NCBI GenBank assembly: GCA_965215505.1
Contig: OZ244065.1
Location: 832,001 to 896,000 of the forward strand
Length of the DNA stretch: 64,000 nucleotides
From: Capsulimonadaceae bacterium
GTDB taxonomy: Bacteria; Armatimonadota; Armatimonadia; Armatimonadales; Capsulimonadaceae
Direction of reading: 5' to 3'
Below, piece by piece: positions 45,809 through 56,052 of the stretch (position 1 is its first letter; each line of letters opens with the position of its first letter). The position numbers and the translations under genes are program-made. Below the pieces are notes generated by a model that was given only the letters and a program-made list of their open reading frames with translations, was not told the DNA's origin and ran no database searches.

Positions 45809-47197
45809 ATGGCGAAAGCGCAAACACGATTTGTCTGTCGGCAGTGCGGCCACGAAAGCCCCAAGTGGCTCGGCAAGTGCCCCTCCTGCGACGAATGGGG
45901 GACACTGGAGGAGACGGTCACGGCCGCGACGCCCAAGTCATTGACCGCCCGCACCTCGCTCCCGACGTCCTTCATCGGGAAGAGCAAGCCGCAGCGCCTC
46001 AGCGACGTCCCCTCCCCGAGCGAGGAGGGACGCATCCTGAGCGGCATGGGCGAGTTCGACCGCGTCCTGGGCGGCGGCATCGTGCGCGGCGCGCTGACCC
46101 TCATCGGCGGCGATCCGGGCGTGGGCAAGTCAACGCTGCTCACTCAGGTCGCGGGCCAGCTCACGAATCGGGGGGGAAAGACCCTTTACGTCTCCGGCGA
46201 GGAGTCGGCGACGCAGATCAAGCTGCGGGCGGAGCGGCTGGGCATCACCGGCGGGGACCTGCTGCTGCACAATGAGACGGACGTGACCCAGATCGCGGCG
46301 ACGATCCAGGCCGAGCGGCCACTGTTCGTCATCATTGACAGCATCCAGACGATGCACCACCCCGAAATCGAGTCGGCGGCGGGCAGCGTCTCGCAGGTGC
46401 GCGCCGCCACCGCCCAACTCGCCCAGGTGGCGAAGGGCGAAGGAATTCCCATCTTCCTGGTCGGGCACGTCACTAAGGACGGCGCGCTTGCCGGGCCGCG
46501 CGTCCTGGAACACATGGTGGATACGGTGCTGACCTTCGAGGGCGACCGGCACTACACCTACCGCATCCTGCGGGCGGTGAAAAACCGTTTCGGCTCGACC
46601 GACGAGCTGGGGCTTTTCGAGATGCACGAGGAGGGGCTGGTCGAGGTCCCCAACCCCTCGGAGATGCTGCTGGCCGAGCGGACCCAGAACAGCGCCGGCT
46701 CGGCCGTGCTGGCGACGGTAGAAGGGACGCGGCCCCTGCTGATCGAGGTGCAGGCGCTGGTCGCCCCCTCCTATCTTTCCAACCCGCGCCGGACCGTTTC
46801 GGGCGTTGACGTTAACCGCGTCAATCTCATTCTCGCCGTGCTGGAGAAGCGCGTCGGGATCAGCCTCGCGAACCAGGACGTGTTTGTCAACCTTGCCGGG
46901 GGCGTGCGCGTGGAGGAGCCGGCCGCCGACCTCGCGGTCGCCGTGGCCGCCGCCTCCAATTTCCAGGAGCGGCCCGTGGACTCGACCACGATCTTCGCCG
47001 GGGAGGTCGGGCTGGGCGGCGAGGTGCGCGCGGTCGGCCACATGGACCTGCGGCTGCGCGAGGCCGCCCGCATGGGCTTCCGCCAGGCCATCATCTGCGC
47101 GCGCAACGCGGCGGGGCTGCGCCGGACGCCCGACATCAAGGTAATCGGCGTGGACACCGTCCGCCAGGCGCTGGAAGTCGCCTTGACCCGCCCATGA
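45809..47197 (+). CDS. radA: DNA repair protein RadA/Sms
   Basis: C4 zinc finger, GDPGVGKST, KNRFG and Lon-like C-terminus. Confidence 0.97.
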   Translation: MAKAQTRFVCRQCGHESPKWLGKCPSCDEWGTLEETVTAATPKSLTARTSLPTSFIGKSKPQRLSDVPSPSEEGRILSGMGEFDRVLGGGIVRGALTLIGGDPGVGKSTLLTQVAGQLTNRGGKTLYVSGEESATQIKLRAERLGITGGDLLLHNETDVTQIAATIQAERPLFVIIDSIQTMHHPEIESAAGSVSQVRAATAQLAQVAKGEGIPIFLVGHVTKDGALAGPRVLEHMVDTVLTFEGDRHYTYRILRAVKNRFGSTDELGLFEMHEEGLVEVPNPSEMLLAERTQNSAGSAVLATVEGTRPLLIEVQALVAPSYLSNPRRTVSGVDVNRVNLILAVLEKRVGISLANQDVFVNLAGGVRVEEPAADLAVAVAAASNFQERPVDSTTIFAGEVGLGGEVRAVGHMDLRLREAARMGFRQAIICARNAAGLRRTPDIKVIGVDTVRQALEVALTRP

Positions 47198-49152
47198 GGC
47201 GGCTCTGCCTGTCCCTCGGCCTGCTCTTCGGCCTGCTGCTGGGGTCGTCAGCCCACGCGCGGCAGCCGCCCCTCGTCGTCGTCGTGCTGCCGGGAACAAG
47301 CCTGCGCGGCTGGCAGGACGCCGACGCGCCGTACCTGCACCGGCTCATGGCTTCGGGCGCGCTGGCCGTGATGAACACGCGGACGGCCCGCCTGCCGAAC
47401 GACCACACGCGCGAGACCCCCGAAAGCGCCGCCCTGACGCTGGGCGCGGGGGCGCGGGCGGCGGGCGGCCCGGAAGCGGAGGAGTTCCTTGCGCCGTCGG
47501 CGCTGACCGACGTCGGGATTCCTGCCGGCGAATTGTACACGCGCCGCTTCGGGCATGTGCCGCCGCTGAACCGATCCGTCAACAACTCCTGGCCCGCCCT
47601 GACTCGCGCCAATGAAGGGCTGGGCTATCGCCTCCGGCTCGGCAGTCTCGCCGACGCCCTGACGGCCAAAAGGGTGACGATCTCGGCGGGGGGCGGCCCA
47701 TCCGCAGACTGCGTCGCAGCCGCGAGTGACGGCACGGTCAATAAGTCTGAAACCCTGACGGCGGCGGACGGGCAGTGCGTGGTCTGGGACGCCGGGCCGG
47801 ACATCGCCGCCGCCGACGGCCTCCTCGGGAGGGCGGCGGCCCAGGTCGCCCGCCTGCATGGCCGCCTCCTCGTCCTGTCCCCTTTCGCCGGTGATGTGGG
47901 CTACGCGCGGGGGGAGCGGCTGACGCCCATTCTGGAGTGGGGCGAGGGCGTCCCGACGGGGCTGCTGCGCTCGCCGTCCACGCGCCGGGCCGGGCTTGTC
48001 GTCAACACCGATTTCGCGCCGACCCTCGCCGCGTACTACGGCATCCGCCGGGAGGACTTCACGGTCCGCCCGTTCGGGGAGGTCTGGACCGTGACCGCCG
48101 CGCCCGACGCCGAGCGGCAGGTGAGCGCACTGGACGGGCAGGCGGTGCGGCAGGCCGGGGGCATGAAGGTCCTGCCCTACCTGGCGGTCGCGCTGGCCCT
48201 CTGGATGATCGGCGGGACGGCGCTTGCCTTGTGGAGCCGACTGCCTCCCTGGTGGCCTATCGTTCCCCCGGCCCTACTGGTCGCACTCGTCTTCAGCACG
48301 TCGCTCCAATCGCTCGCCCTCTGGTTCGGCGTCCTCCTGGCAGCGTCCTTCGTCCTGGCACATTGGGTCGGACTTCGACCGGCCCTCCTGCTGCTGCTGG
48401 TCGTCCTGGCTGCGGCCCTGGCTGGGGACATGCTGACCGGCAGCCGATTGATGCAGCGTGGGCTGCTCGGCTACTCTGCCATCGAGGGGGCGCGCTACTA
48501 CGGCATTGGCAATGAGGCGATGGGGGCGCTTCTGGGGGCGCTCCTCGTGGTCGCGGCCCGCCTGTGGCGGCCCTTCGGACGCTGGCGCGGTCTGCTCCTG
48601 CTTCTGCTCGGAATCGTGTCCTTGCTGCTCGGGTCGGCGGGCGCGAAGGCGGGCGGCCTGCTTGTCTCGCTGGCCGCATTCGGGACTCTAGGCTTTGGCC
48701 TGCGGGGCAGGCGGTGGACGGCGCGGGCGGTCCTGCTCCTTGGGGCCGGTGCGGTCACGGTGCTGGCGCTTGCCGCCCTGGCCGACGCGGCCGGACAGGC
48801 CGGGGCGCACTCGCACATGGGGGAGGCCGTCCGGCGCATCGGGGCCGGGGGCTGGTCCGAGGCCGGGGACATCGTGGCGCGGAAGCTCGCAGTGGACGGG
48901 CGGCTTGCGGTCCACAGTGCCTGGGCTTTGCCGCTCTGGGGCGGGCTGCTCTGTCTCGCGCTGACATGGCGCAGGGCAGCCGCGGGGACGACGGAGGGGC
49001 GGGCGCTCCGAGCCGCCGGGATGGTCGGCGTCGCCGCCTGCGTGGCACTTAACGATGCGGGGGTCGTCGCCGGGGCGCTCTGCCTCATCCCGCTCTGGTG
49101 CGACAGCGTCGCGCACCTGACAAACAGAAAGCCCCTGCGAACACGGGTGTGA
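47194..49152 (+). CDS. Membrane protein with exported N-terminal domain and multi-TM C-terminus
   Basis: Signal peptide; GARYYGIGNE and NDAGV motifs; about 9 TM helices; ATGA coupling to radA. Confidence 0.7.
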   Translation: MRRLCLSLGLLFGLLLGSSAHARQPPLVVVVLPGTSLRGWQDADAPYLHRLMASGALAVMNTRTARLPNDHTRETPESAALTLGAGARAAGGPEAEEFLAPSALTDVGIPAGELYTRRFGHVPPLNRSVNNSWPALTRANEGLGYRLRLGSLADALTAKRVTISAGGGPSADCVAAASDGTVNKSETLTAADGQCVVWDAGPDIAAADGLLGRAAAQVARLHGRLLVLSPFAGDVGYARGERLTPILEWGEGVPTGLLRSPSTRRAGLVVNTDFAPTLAAYYGIRREDFTVRPFGEVWTVTAAPDAERQVSALDGQAVRQAGGMKVLPYLAVALALWMIGGTALALWSRLPPWWPIVPPALLVALVFSTSLQSLALWFGVLLAASFVLAHWVGLRPALLLLLVVLAAALAGDMLTGSRLMQRGLLGYSAIEGARYYGIGNEAMGALLGALLVVAARLWRPFGRWRGLLLLLLGIVSLLLGSAGAKAGGLLVSLAAFGTLGFGLRGRRWTARAVLLLGAGAVTVLALAALADAAGQAGAHSHMGEAVRRIGAGGWSEAGDIVARKLAVDGRLAVHSAWALPLWGGLLCLALTWRRAAAGTTEGRALRAAGMVGVAACVALNDAGVVAGALCLIPLWCDSVAHLTNRKPLRTRV

Positions 49153-49175
49153 TCGCAGGGGCCTGAGAGCGCCGA

Positions 49176-50450
49176 CTACTGAGCAGGCGCGGGAGCCGGC
49201 GTCGCGGGCGTGGCCGGTGCGGCGGGCGTCGTGGTGTCGGTCCCCGCAGCGGGGGTGGTCGCGTCCATCGGCGGCATCAGCACCCGGTTGATGATGTGGA
49301 TGACGCCGTTGCTGGCCTGGATGTCAGCTTTGGTGACGGTGGCGTCGTTGACCTGCAAGCGGCCGCGGCGGCCCTTCGTGACCTGGAGCGTCGCGCCTTC
49401 CACGGTGGGAGGCGAGGTCGGGCTGGTCATCGCCATGGCGTCGGCCGCCATGACCTTGGCCGGGATGACGTGGTAGGTCAGGACCATCTTCAGCTTGGCG
49501 GGGTCAGCCATCAGGGCGTCGAGCGCGCCGGCGGGCAGGCGGGAGAACGCCTGGTCGGTCGGGGCGAAGACGGTGAACGGGCCGGCACCCTTCAGGGTGT
49601 CAACCAGCCCGGCCTGCTGCAAGGCCTTGACCAATGTCGTCAGGTTCTTAGCCGCCATGGCGGTGTCCACGATGTCGAGCGTCGCCGGGGCGGCGTCCGC
49701 GCCGCCGCTCGTCGGGGCCGGGGCAGGCGTCGGGGCGGGAGCGGGCATGGGCATCGGGGCCGAAGACATCGGCATGGTGCCCGAGTCCGCGCTTGCCATC
49801 ATGCCGCCGCCCATGCCATTCTTGGTGCCGATAGATTCATAGGTGGAGATGTAGTCGGCGATCTGCTGCTTCTCTTTATCGTTGCTGTAGACGTCGGCCA
49901 GCTTCAGGTTGTACTCACCCGCCAGCGAGGCGAAAGTCTGACCGCGCTCGACCGCGCGGGCCACGATGCCGAACGGCGTGAAGCCCTCTTCGGCGATCTT
50001 GGCGACCGTCGCGATCTGGCTGTCCGACAGGCCGCGAGCCTTCGCCTGCTTCAAGTCGATGTAGTCATAGGTCGGGTTGCTCAGGATGGAGTAGTCCATC
50101 GTGCCGCTGGACATCGAGCTGCCGGACATGGACCCACTGGCCGTCGAGCCGCCGCTCATGCCGGCGCTCATGCCGGTAGACGTCGAGCCGCCGCTCATAC
50201 TGCCGGAGCCGCTTCCCGTCTGGGTCGCGCTCGGGGCGCTGCCGCCGACGCCGGTGCCTGGGGCGCCGGAGGTTCCGGGAGGAGTCACCGCGCCGGTCGC
50301 GGAACTGTCGGGGACGGTCGTCGTCGTGCCGGGGCTGGTCGTCGGGTTGGCGTTCGTGTTCTGGGCATGGACGCCGGCCGTGGAGGCCGCGAGCATGGCG
50401 GCGACCGCACCGGCGATGGCCCAAGTCTGGGTTGTCTTTCGGGTCTGCAT
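49176..50450 (-). CDS. Secreted fasciclin (FAS1) domain protein with low-complexity linkers
   Basis: Signal peptide; FTVFAPTDQAF, LTYHV and ASNGVIHIINRVL motifs. Confidence 0.9.
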   Translation of the reverse strand: MQTRKTTQTWAIAGAVAAMLAASTAGVHAQNTNANPTTSPGTTTTVPDSSATGAVTPPGTSGAPGTGVGGSAPSATQTGSGSGSMSGGSTSTGMSAGMSGGSTASGSMSGSSMSSGTMDYSILSNPTYDYIDLKQAKARGLSDSQIATVAKIAEEGFTPFGIVARAVERGQTFASLAGEYNLKLADVYSNDKEKQQIADYISTYESIGTKNGMGGGMMASADSGTMPMSSAPMPMPAPAPTPAPAPTSGGADAAPATLDIVDTAMAAKNLTTLVKALQQAGLVDTLKGAGPFTVFAPTDQAFSRLPAGALDALMADPAKLKMVLTYHVIPAKVMAADAMAMTSPTSPPTVEGATLQVTKGRRGRLQVNDATVTKADIQASNGVIHIINRVLMPPMDATTPAAGTDTTTPAAPATPATPAPAPAQ

Positions 50451-50652
50451 AGTAGGAAATGCTCCTTTTCTCGGGATGGTCTTCAGAATGTTCACGGGCT
50501 GAACCGACTCCCACCCGCTCTACCGATGTGCGGTCAAGGGGAACTGCGGGGCTTGCGGGGCGTCGGTGCCGTCCGCTACCTTATACCTCAGACCCTCGCG
50601 CCTCAAACCCGGCGTCTGCTCCGTAACCGAATATTTATCAGCAAGGAAACTC

Positions 50653-52653
50653 ATGCCAACGCGCCCCTATTTATCGCGCTACTTCGGCGAGCAGGGCATC
50701 CTGAAGCGCGCCCTGCCCGGCTTCGCCGTCCGGGCACAGCAGCAGACCGTCGCGTCCGCCATTGACGCCGCCCTGGCGGCGCGTGGCGGCGTTGCGCTGA
50801 TCGAGGCCGGGACGGGGGTCGGCAAGACTCTGGCCTACCTGATCCCCGCCTTGCAGCGCGCCAAGCCCGACTGCCGCATCGTGATCTCGACGCACACCCT
50901 GGCCCTGCAAGCGCAACTCGCCGAGAAGGACGTGCCCCTGGTGCAGTCGGTCTGGCCTTCGCCCGTGGAGGCCGCCGTGGTGAAGGGGCGCGGGAACTAC
51001 CTCTGTCTCCAGGACATGGACGCCGCCCGGTCCGACCTGTGGACGGCGGGGGACCCCGAGTTCGCCCGGATCGCCGCCTGGAGCGGGATTTCGGAGCGCG
51101 GGGACGTGGCCGAGCTGGACTTCACTTACCCCGGCTGGGCGGACATCCGGGCGAACGCCGACACCTGCAAGAAGCAGGAGTGCCGCTTCTTCGACCGCTG
51201 CTTCTACTACCGGATGCGGCGCGAGGCGCAGGAGGCGCGCATCCTGCTGGTCAATCATGCGCTCTTTTTCAGCGACCTGGCCGTCCGGCGCAGCGGCGAG
51301 CCGGACGCGAAGCTCCTGCCGGACTACGACTTCGTGGTCTTCGACGAGGCGCACCACTTGGAGACGGCGGCGGCGGCGGCCTTCGGCGTCGCCTTCTCGT
51401 CGTCCCGCCTGCCGGTCCTGGTGGACAAGCTGCGCCGCGTCGCCCGGCAGCTCGACATGAACATGGACCGGCTGAAGGCGGTCGAGTCCCAGTCCCAGTC
51501 GCTCTTCGAGCCGTTCCTGCGCGGCGGGCGGCCCGAGTTCTTCGTCGCCGACATCCTGCGGGGCGAGGCCGCGCTGGACGCCGCCCGGTTCCAGACGGCG
51601 GCCGTCAGCCTGCTGCTGGACGGCGTCGCGCTGGAACTCCTCAAGCAGGACTCGGGGGGCCATCCCGCCCTGAAGGACCGCATTGACGGCCTGCGCCGGC
51701 AGTGCGTCCGGGCCAAGGAGGAGCTGACGCTGGCCTTCGGCGGCGACGACACGAACTTCGTCCGCTGGGGTTCACTCGGGCGGGCGGGCCGGCGCGGGCC
51801 GACGGCGACGGTCCACTGGACTCCGATCTCCGTCGCCCCGATCTTGCAGGCAGCCTTGTGGAAAGAGCCGCGCACGGTCGGCGCGGCCCTGGTTTCGGCG
51901 ACGCTCTCCACCGACGGCGGCTTCGGCTACGTCCGCAAGCGGCTGGGCATCCCCGAGGCGGACCCGCGCGTCACCGAAACCGTCGTCGGTTCGCCCTTCG
52001 ACTACGCCCGGCGCTGCCTGCTGTACGTCCCCCGGCACCTGCCGGTGCCCTCGGACGATCCGGGCTACGCCTACGACTCGGCGAACGAGATGCTGGCTCT
52101 GCTGGAAGCCTCGCGCGGCGGGGCCTTCCTGCTGTTCACCTCGTACCGCGCCCTGAACGCCGCTTACGAACACCTGACGCAGTCCGACCTCCCCTACCCG
52201 CTCCTGCGCCAGGGGGAGATGCCGAACGGCAAGCTTGTCCAGACCTTCAAGGCCGAGAAGAACGCCGTCCTTTTCGGCACGCAGTCCTTCTGGGAGGGGG
52301 TGGACGTGCCCGGCGCGGACCTGCGGCTGGTCATCATTGACCGGCTCCCCTTCGCCGTGCCGGACAGCCCCCTGCACAAAGCCCGCGTAGACGAGATCAC
52401 GGCCCAGGGCGGGGACTGGTTCGGCGACTTCGCCTTGCCGCAGGCGCAGCTCCGGCTCAAGCAGGGCTTCGGCCGGCTGATCCGCACGAGTGAGGACCGG
52501 GGCGTCGTCGCCATCCTGGACACGCGGCTGGTCCGCAAGGCGTATGGCGAGCGGTTCCTGCGCTTCCTGCCGCCCGCCCGTCGCGTCTTCGACATCGCCG
52601 AGGTAGAAGCGTTCTTCAACGAGGAGGATTCCGAAGGCCCGCCCGCGAACTAA
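50653..52653 (+). CDS. DinG/YoaA-family Fe-S helicase
   Basis: EAGTGVGKT, KGRGNYLC, Cys cluster, DEAHH, SATL, FWEGVD and QGFGRLIR motifs. Confidence 0.92.
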   Translation: MPTRPYLSRYFGEQGILKRALPGFAVRAQQQTVASAIDAALAARGGVALIEAGTGVGKTLAYLIPALQRAKPDCRIVISTHTLALQAQLAEKDVPLVQSVWPSPVEAAVVKGRGNYLCLQDMDAARSDLWTAGDPEFARIAAWSGISERGDVAELDFTYPGWADIRANADTCKKQECRFFDRCFYYRMRREAQEARILLVNHALFFSDLAVRRSGEPDAKLLPDYDFVVFDEAHHLETAAAAAFGVAFSSSRLPVLVDKLRRVARQLDMNMDRLKAVESQSQSLFEPFLRGGRPEFFVADILRGEAALDAARFQTAAVSLLLDGVALELLKQDSGGHPALKDRIDGLRRQCVRAKEELTLAFGGDDTNFVRWGSLGRAGRRGPTATVHWTPISVAPILQAALWKEPRTVGAALVSATLSTDGGFGYVRKRLGIPEADPRVTETVVGSPFDYARRCLLYVPRHLPVPSDDPGYAYDSANEMLALLEASRGGAFLLFTSYRALNAAYEHLTQSDLPYPLLRQGEMPNGKLVQTFKAEKNAVLFGTQSFWEGVDVPGADLRLVIIDRLPFAVPDSPLHKARVDEITAQGGDWFGDFALPQAQLRLKQGFGRLIRTSEDRGVVAILDTRLVRKAYGERFLRFLPPARRVFDIAEVEAFFNEEDSEGPPAN

Positions 52654-52720
52654 AAGCTAAGGCCCCGCATTAGTACGGGTAAGCCGAACGAATTGAAGAC
52701 CAAAGAAGGAGTCACCCCCG

Positions 52721-53335
52721 ATGGCATTTGAAGTCCCGCCGCTCCCCTATGCGTATGACGCACTGGAGCCGCACATTGACGACCAGACCATGCACCTGCA
52801 CCACGACAAGCACCACCAGGCCTATGTCACCAACCTGAACGCCGCCATCGAGAAGCACCCGGAGCTTGCCGGAAAGTCGCCGGAAGAACTGATCAAGGAC
52901 CTGAACGCCATCCCCGAGGACATCAAGGCGGCCGTCCGCAACAACGGCGGCGGCCACGTCAACCACTCGATGTTCTGGGAGATCATGGGGCCGGGCGGCG
53001 GCGGCGAGCCGACGGGCGCTCTGGCCGAGGCGATCACGACGACCTTCGGCAGCCTGGACGCCTTGAAGGCCGCCGTCAACGACGCGGGCGTCAAGCGCTT
53101 CGGCAGCGGCTGGACCTGGCTGGTCAAGACGGCGGACGGCAAGCTGGCCGTGGTCAGCACCGCCAACCAGGACAACCCGATGAGCGAGGGCCACTTCCCC
53201 ATCCTCGGCAACGACGTCTGGGAACACGCCTACTACCTGAAGTACCAGAACAAGCGGCCTGACTACCTCGCCGCCTGGTGGAACACGGTCAACTGGGAGG
53301 CCGTCGGCAAGCGGTTCGAGCAGTCCGGCTACTAA
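52721..53335 (+). CDS. sodA: Mn/Fe superoxide dismutase
   Basis: [17 protein letters not shown] and DVWEHAYY motifs. Confidence 0.95.
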   Translation: MAFEVPPLPYAYDALEPHIDDQTMHLHHDKHHQAYVTNLNAAIEKHPELAGKSPEELIKDLNAIPEDIKAAVRNNGGGHVNHSMFWEIMGPGGGGEPTGALAEAITTTFGSLDALKAAVNDAGVKRFGSGWTWLVKTADGKLAVVSTANQDNPMSEGHFPILGNDVWEHAYYLKYQNKRPDYLAAWWNTVNWEAVGKRFEQSGY

Positions 53336-53348
53336 GCCCATAGACAAG

Positions 53349-53380
53349 AAAAGCCCCCGGCATCCTGCCGGGGGCTTTTT
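53349..53380. terminator. Rho-independent terminator (bidirectional)
   Basis: AAAAGCCCCCGGCA-TCC-TGCCGGGGGCTTTTT. Confidence 0.9.
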
Positions 53381-53398
53381 TAGGCAGTCAAACGTCCC

Positions 53399-54399
53399 TC
53401 ACCCCTTGACCTGCACCGTGTTCCCGGCGTGGCCCGTGACGCGCCCGCCGGTCAGCGTCAGCAGGTCCGAGAGGGCCCTCACCGGCTCCCCGGCGTCTTT
53501 GGGCACCGGCACCGCCAGCGCCGCCGCCTTGGCCCCGCCGACCGTCGCCGTACTGCCCGCCGTCAGGGCAACGGCCTTGCACCCCGCCCCGGTGAGGGTG
53601 AGCGCGCCTGTTTTAGCGTCCCAGCCGCTCGTCAGGCCCATCGCCTTGGCGAACTCGCGCACGGGAACGTAGCTCTGCCTGCCCACGAGGAGGGCGTTCT
53701 GGGGCAGCGCGTGGCCGTTGACGGCGAGGCGTGTGTTCTGGGCGGTGCCGCCAGTCAGCTTCGCCTGCTGGGAGGCGCGGAGCAGGATTTGGTAGGCGAC
53801 CGCTTCGACCGCCGCTTTGGGGAACCTCGGGAAGTTGCCTCGGCGGCTCGCAAGGAAAGAGCGCCTCCCTTCAATCAAAAATGCTACTCTTCCTTTACGC
53901 CCGATAAGTGTGCTATATCCGCTCGGGTTGAACCAGGACTCGTCTCCGAGCGCGGATGCGCCGCTGAATGTCCCCTGCTGAAAGCGCGTGGAGCAAGCCT
54001 GAAGGAATTCCTGCACTTCCAAATGGGCCGTCTCTGGCGCGTCGCAGATGTTCATCGTCAGGACAAGATGAAACTCGCCGTCCTCGGAGTAAAGGGACCT
54101 TACGATCTGGCTCATCCTGCCATCTTGGTCTGGGAGCGTAATCCAGCCGGGGTGATACTCATCTTCCCGCCCATCCAGGACGACCTGGTCCTCGACAACT
54201 CCCACTCGTGAACTCCCGTCCGGACCGGTGAACTCCCCGAGAGGGCGGACGCGGGTGAACCCTTGTAGGTCCTGCTGGTCAGGGATCAGTGTTTGTAGTT
54301 GCTGCTGTGTCTCCTGTGGGTGAGCCGGGCCTCCAGAGGCGATGGAACCGGCCAAGAGAAAGGCGAGGGACCCATCATGATTTTCTTCACGACTAACAT
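53399..54399 (-). pseudogene. Secreted protein with C-terminal copper-amine-oxidase-N/stalk-like domain; 1-bp frameshift in the signal peptide
   Basis: MLVVKKIMMG (ATG 54399) and LAFLLAGSIASGGPAHP lie in different frames; span is 1001 nt; C-terminal YVPVREFAKAMG..WD motif. Confidence 0.6.
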
Positions 54400-54757
54400 T
54401 GTGGAACTTTCCTGATTCGGGTTGACATCAGTTTGAACGATCAGCGTGAATGCCGCTGCGCCTGGGAGGAGTGGCTGGGACGGCTCCCATACAGGTATTA
54501 GATACTCTAACCTTGGAACCGTTGGTTCCGACAGGGCAAGCCACCCCGGCACAAAGGAGGACCCGCCGCGCATCGGCGGCAGGTCCTCTTCACTGTCTCC
54601 TTCCGCCCCTTGGCCCCGCTAGGCACGGCTTCGACATTGCCGAATTGGGGGCATTCCCCGCGAGGAGGATTCCGGCGGGCCGCCCGCGAACTAAAGGCCA
54701 CGGCCGCGGATTGACACGGACAGGCCGAACAAGTTAAAGACCCAAGCAAGAGATCCC

Positions 54758-56020
54758 ATGCCAACCGACCCCAGCATCATCCCGGCCATCGCCGCCGCCG
54801 TCGAGGGCAGCCCCGACAACGTCCCCCTGCGCCTGCACCTGGCGACACTGCTGCTGGACGCAGGCCGTCCCGCCGAAGCATTGGAGCAGTGTGCGACCGT
54901 TCTGGGGCGCGAGCCGGACAACCGAGAAGCCTTGCACAAGGCCGCCGACGCCGCCTTCAAGACGGGCGATACAGTGCGGGCGATCAGCTACGGCCGGCTC
55001 CTGGACGCGCTCGGCTCTCCCCCGCTTGACGGCGAGGATCTCCCGGCCTTGCCCCGCCCGCCGGACGCCGCGCCGCCCCGCGTCCCCACCCTGGAAACGG
55101 CCATCCCCCTCTCGGCGATGGAGGAGGACGGCGAGCCGGGCGAATGGGAGGTGGAGCGGCCCTCGCTCACCCTCGCCGACGTGGCCGGCATGGAGGCGGT
55201 CAAGCGGCGGCTGAACCTGGCGTTTCTGGCCCCCATGAAGAACCCGGACCTGCGGAAGCTCTACGGGAAGTCCCTGCGCGGCGGCCTGCTGCTCTACGGC
55301 CCGCCCGGCTGCGGGAAGACCTTCATCGCCCGCGCGACGGCTGGCGAACTGGGCGCGAAGTTTCTCGCAGTCGGCCTGTCCGACGTGCTGGACATGTGGA
55401 TCGGCAGCAGCGAGAAGAACCTGCACCAGATCTTTGAAACGGCCCGCCGCAACAGTCCCTGCGTCTTGTTCTTCGACGAGATAGACGCGCTCGGCCACAA
55501 GCGAAGCCAGATGCGTAACAACGCGGGCCGCAACGTGGTCAACCAATTACTGGCCGAGATGGACAGCGTGGAGGGCGACAACGAGGGCGTCTTCATCCTG
55601 GCCGCCACCAACCACCCCTGGGACATCGACACGGGCCTGCGCCGACCGGGCCGGCTCGACAGGACGCTGCTGGTCCTGCCGCCCGACGCCCCCGCCCGCG
55701 AGTCGGTGCTGCGGCTGCATTCCAAGGACCGGCCCCTGGAAGGCGTGGACTTCGCCGCACTGGCCGCCCGGACGGAAGACTACTCCGGGGCAGACCTGGC
55801 CCACATCTGCGAGGCCGCCGCCGAGCTTGCCCTGGAAGATTCGCTCGCGACCGGCAAGGTGCGCTCCATCGGCATGAACGACTACAAGCGCGCCCTGAAA
55901 GACGTCAAGCCGAGCGTCCGCCCCTGGTTCGAGACGGCCCGGAACTACGCCCTATACGCCAACGAGGGCGGGGTCTATGACGAGCTGATCGAGTACCTGA
56001 AAACGCGCCGCATCCTCTGA
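54758..56020 (+). CDS. AAA+ ATPase with N-terminal TPR-like domain
   Basis: GPPGCGKT, pore loop MWIG, FFDEID and ATNHPWDID..RRPGRLD motifs. Confidence 0.92.
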   Translation: MPTDPSIIPAIAAAVEGSPDNVPLRLHLATLLLDAGRPAEALEQCATVLGREPDNREALHKAADAAFKTGDTVRAISYGRLLDALGSPPLDGEDLPALPRPPDAAPPRVPTLETAIPLSAMEEDGEPGEWEVERPSLTLADVAGMEAVKRRLNLAFLAPMKNPDLRKLYGKSLRGGLLLYGPPGCGKTFIARATAGELGAKFLAVGLSDVLDMWIGSSEKNLHQIFETARRNSPCVLFFDEIDALGHKRSQMRNNAGRNVVNQLLAEMDSVEGDNEGVFILAATNHPWDIDTGLRRPGRLDRTLLVLPPDAPARESVLRLHSKDRPLEGVDFAALAARTEDYSGADLAHICEAAAELALEDSLATGKVRSIGMNDYKRALKDVKPSVRPWFETARNYALYANEGGVYDELIEYLKTRRIL

Positions 56021-56052
56021 CCGCTTCCCTTTATTAGACCGCCGACTGCCCT

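Noticed and set aside
50539-50566. ECF-like GGAAC-N16-CGTC motif upstream of the DinG gene
   Set aside because: Short GC-rich motif, likely by chance, and its spacing differs from the one before the sigma gene.
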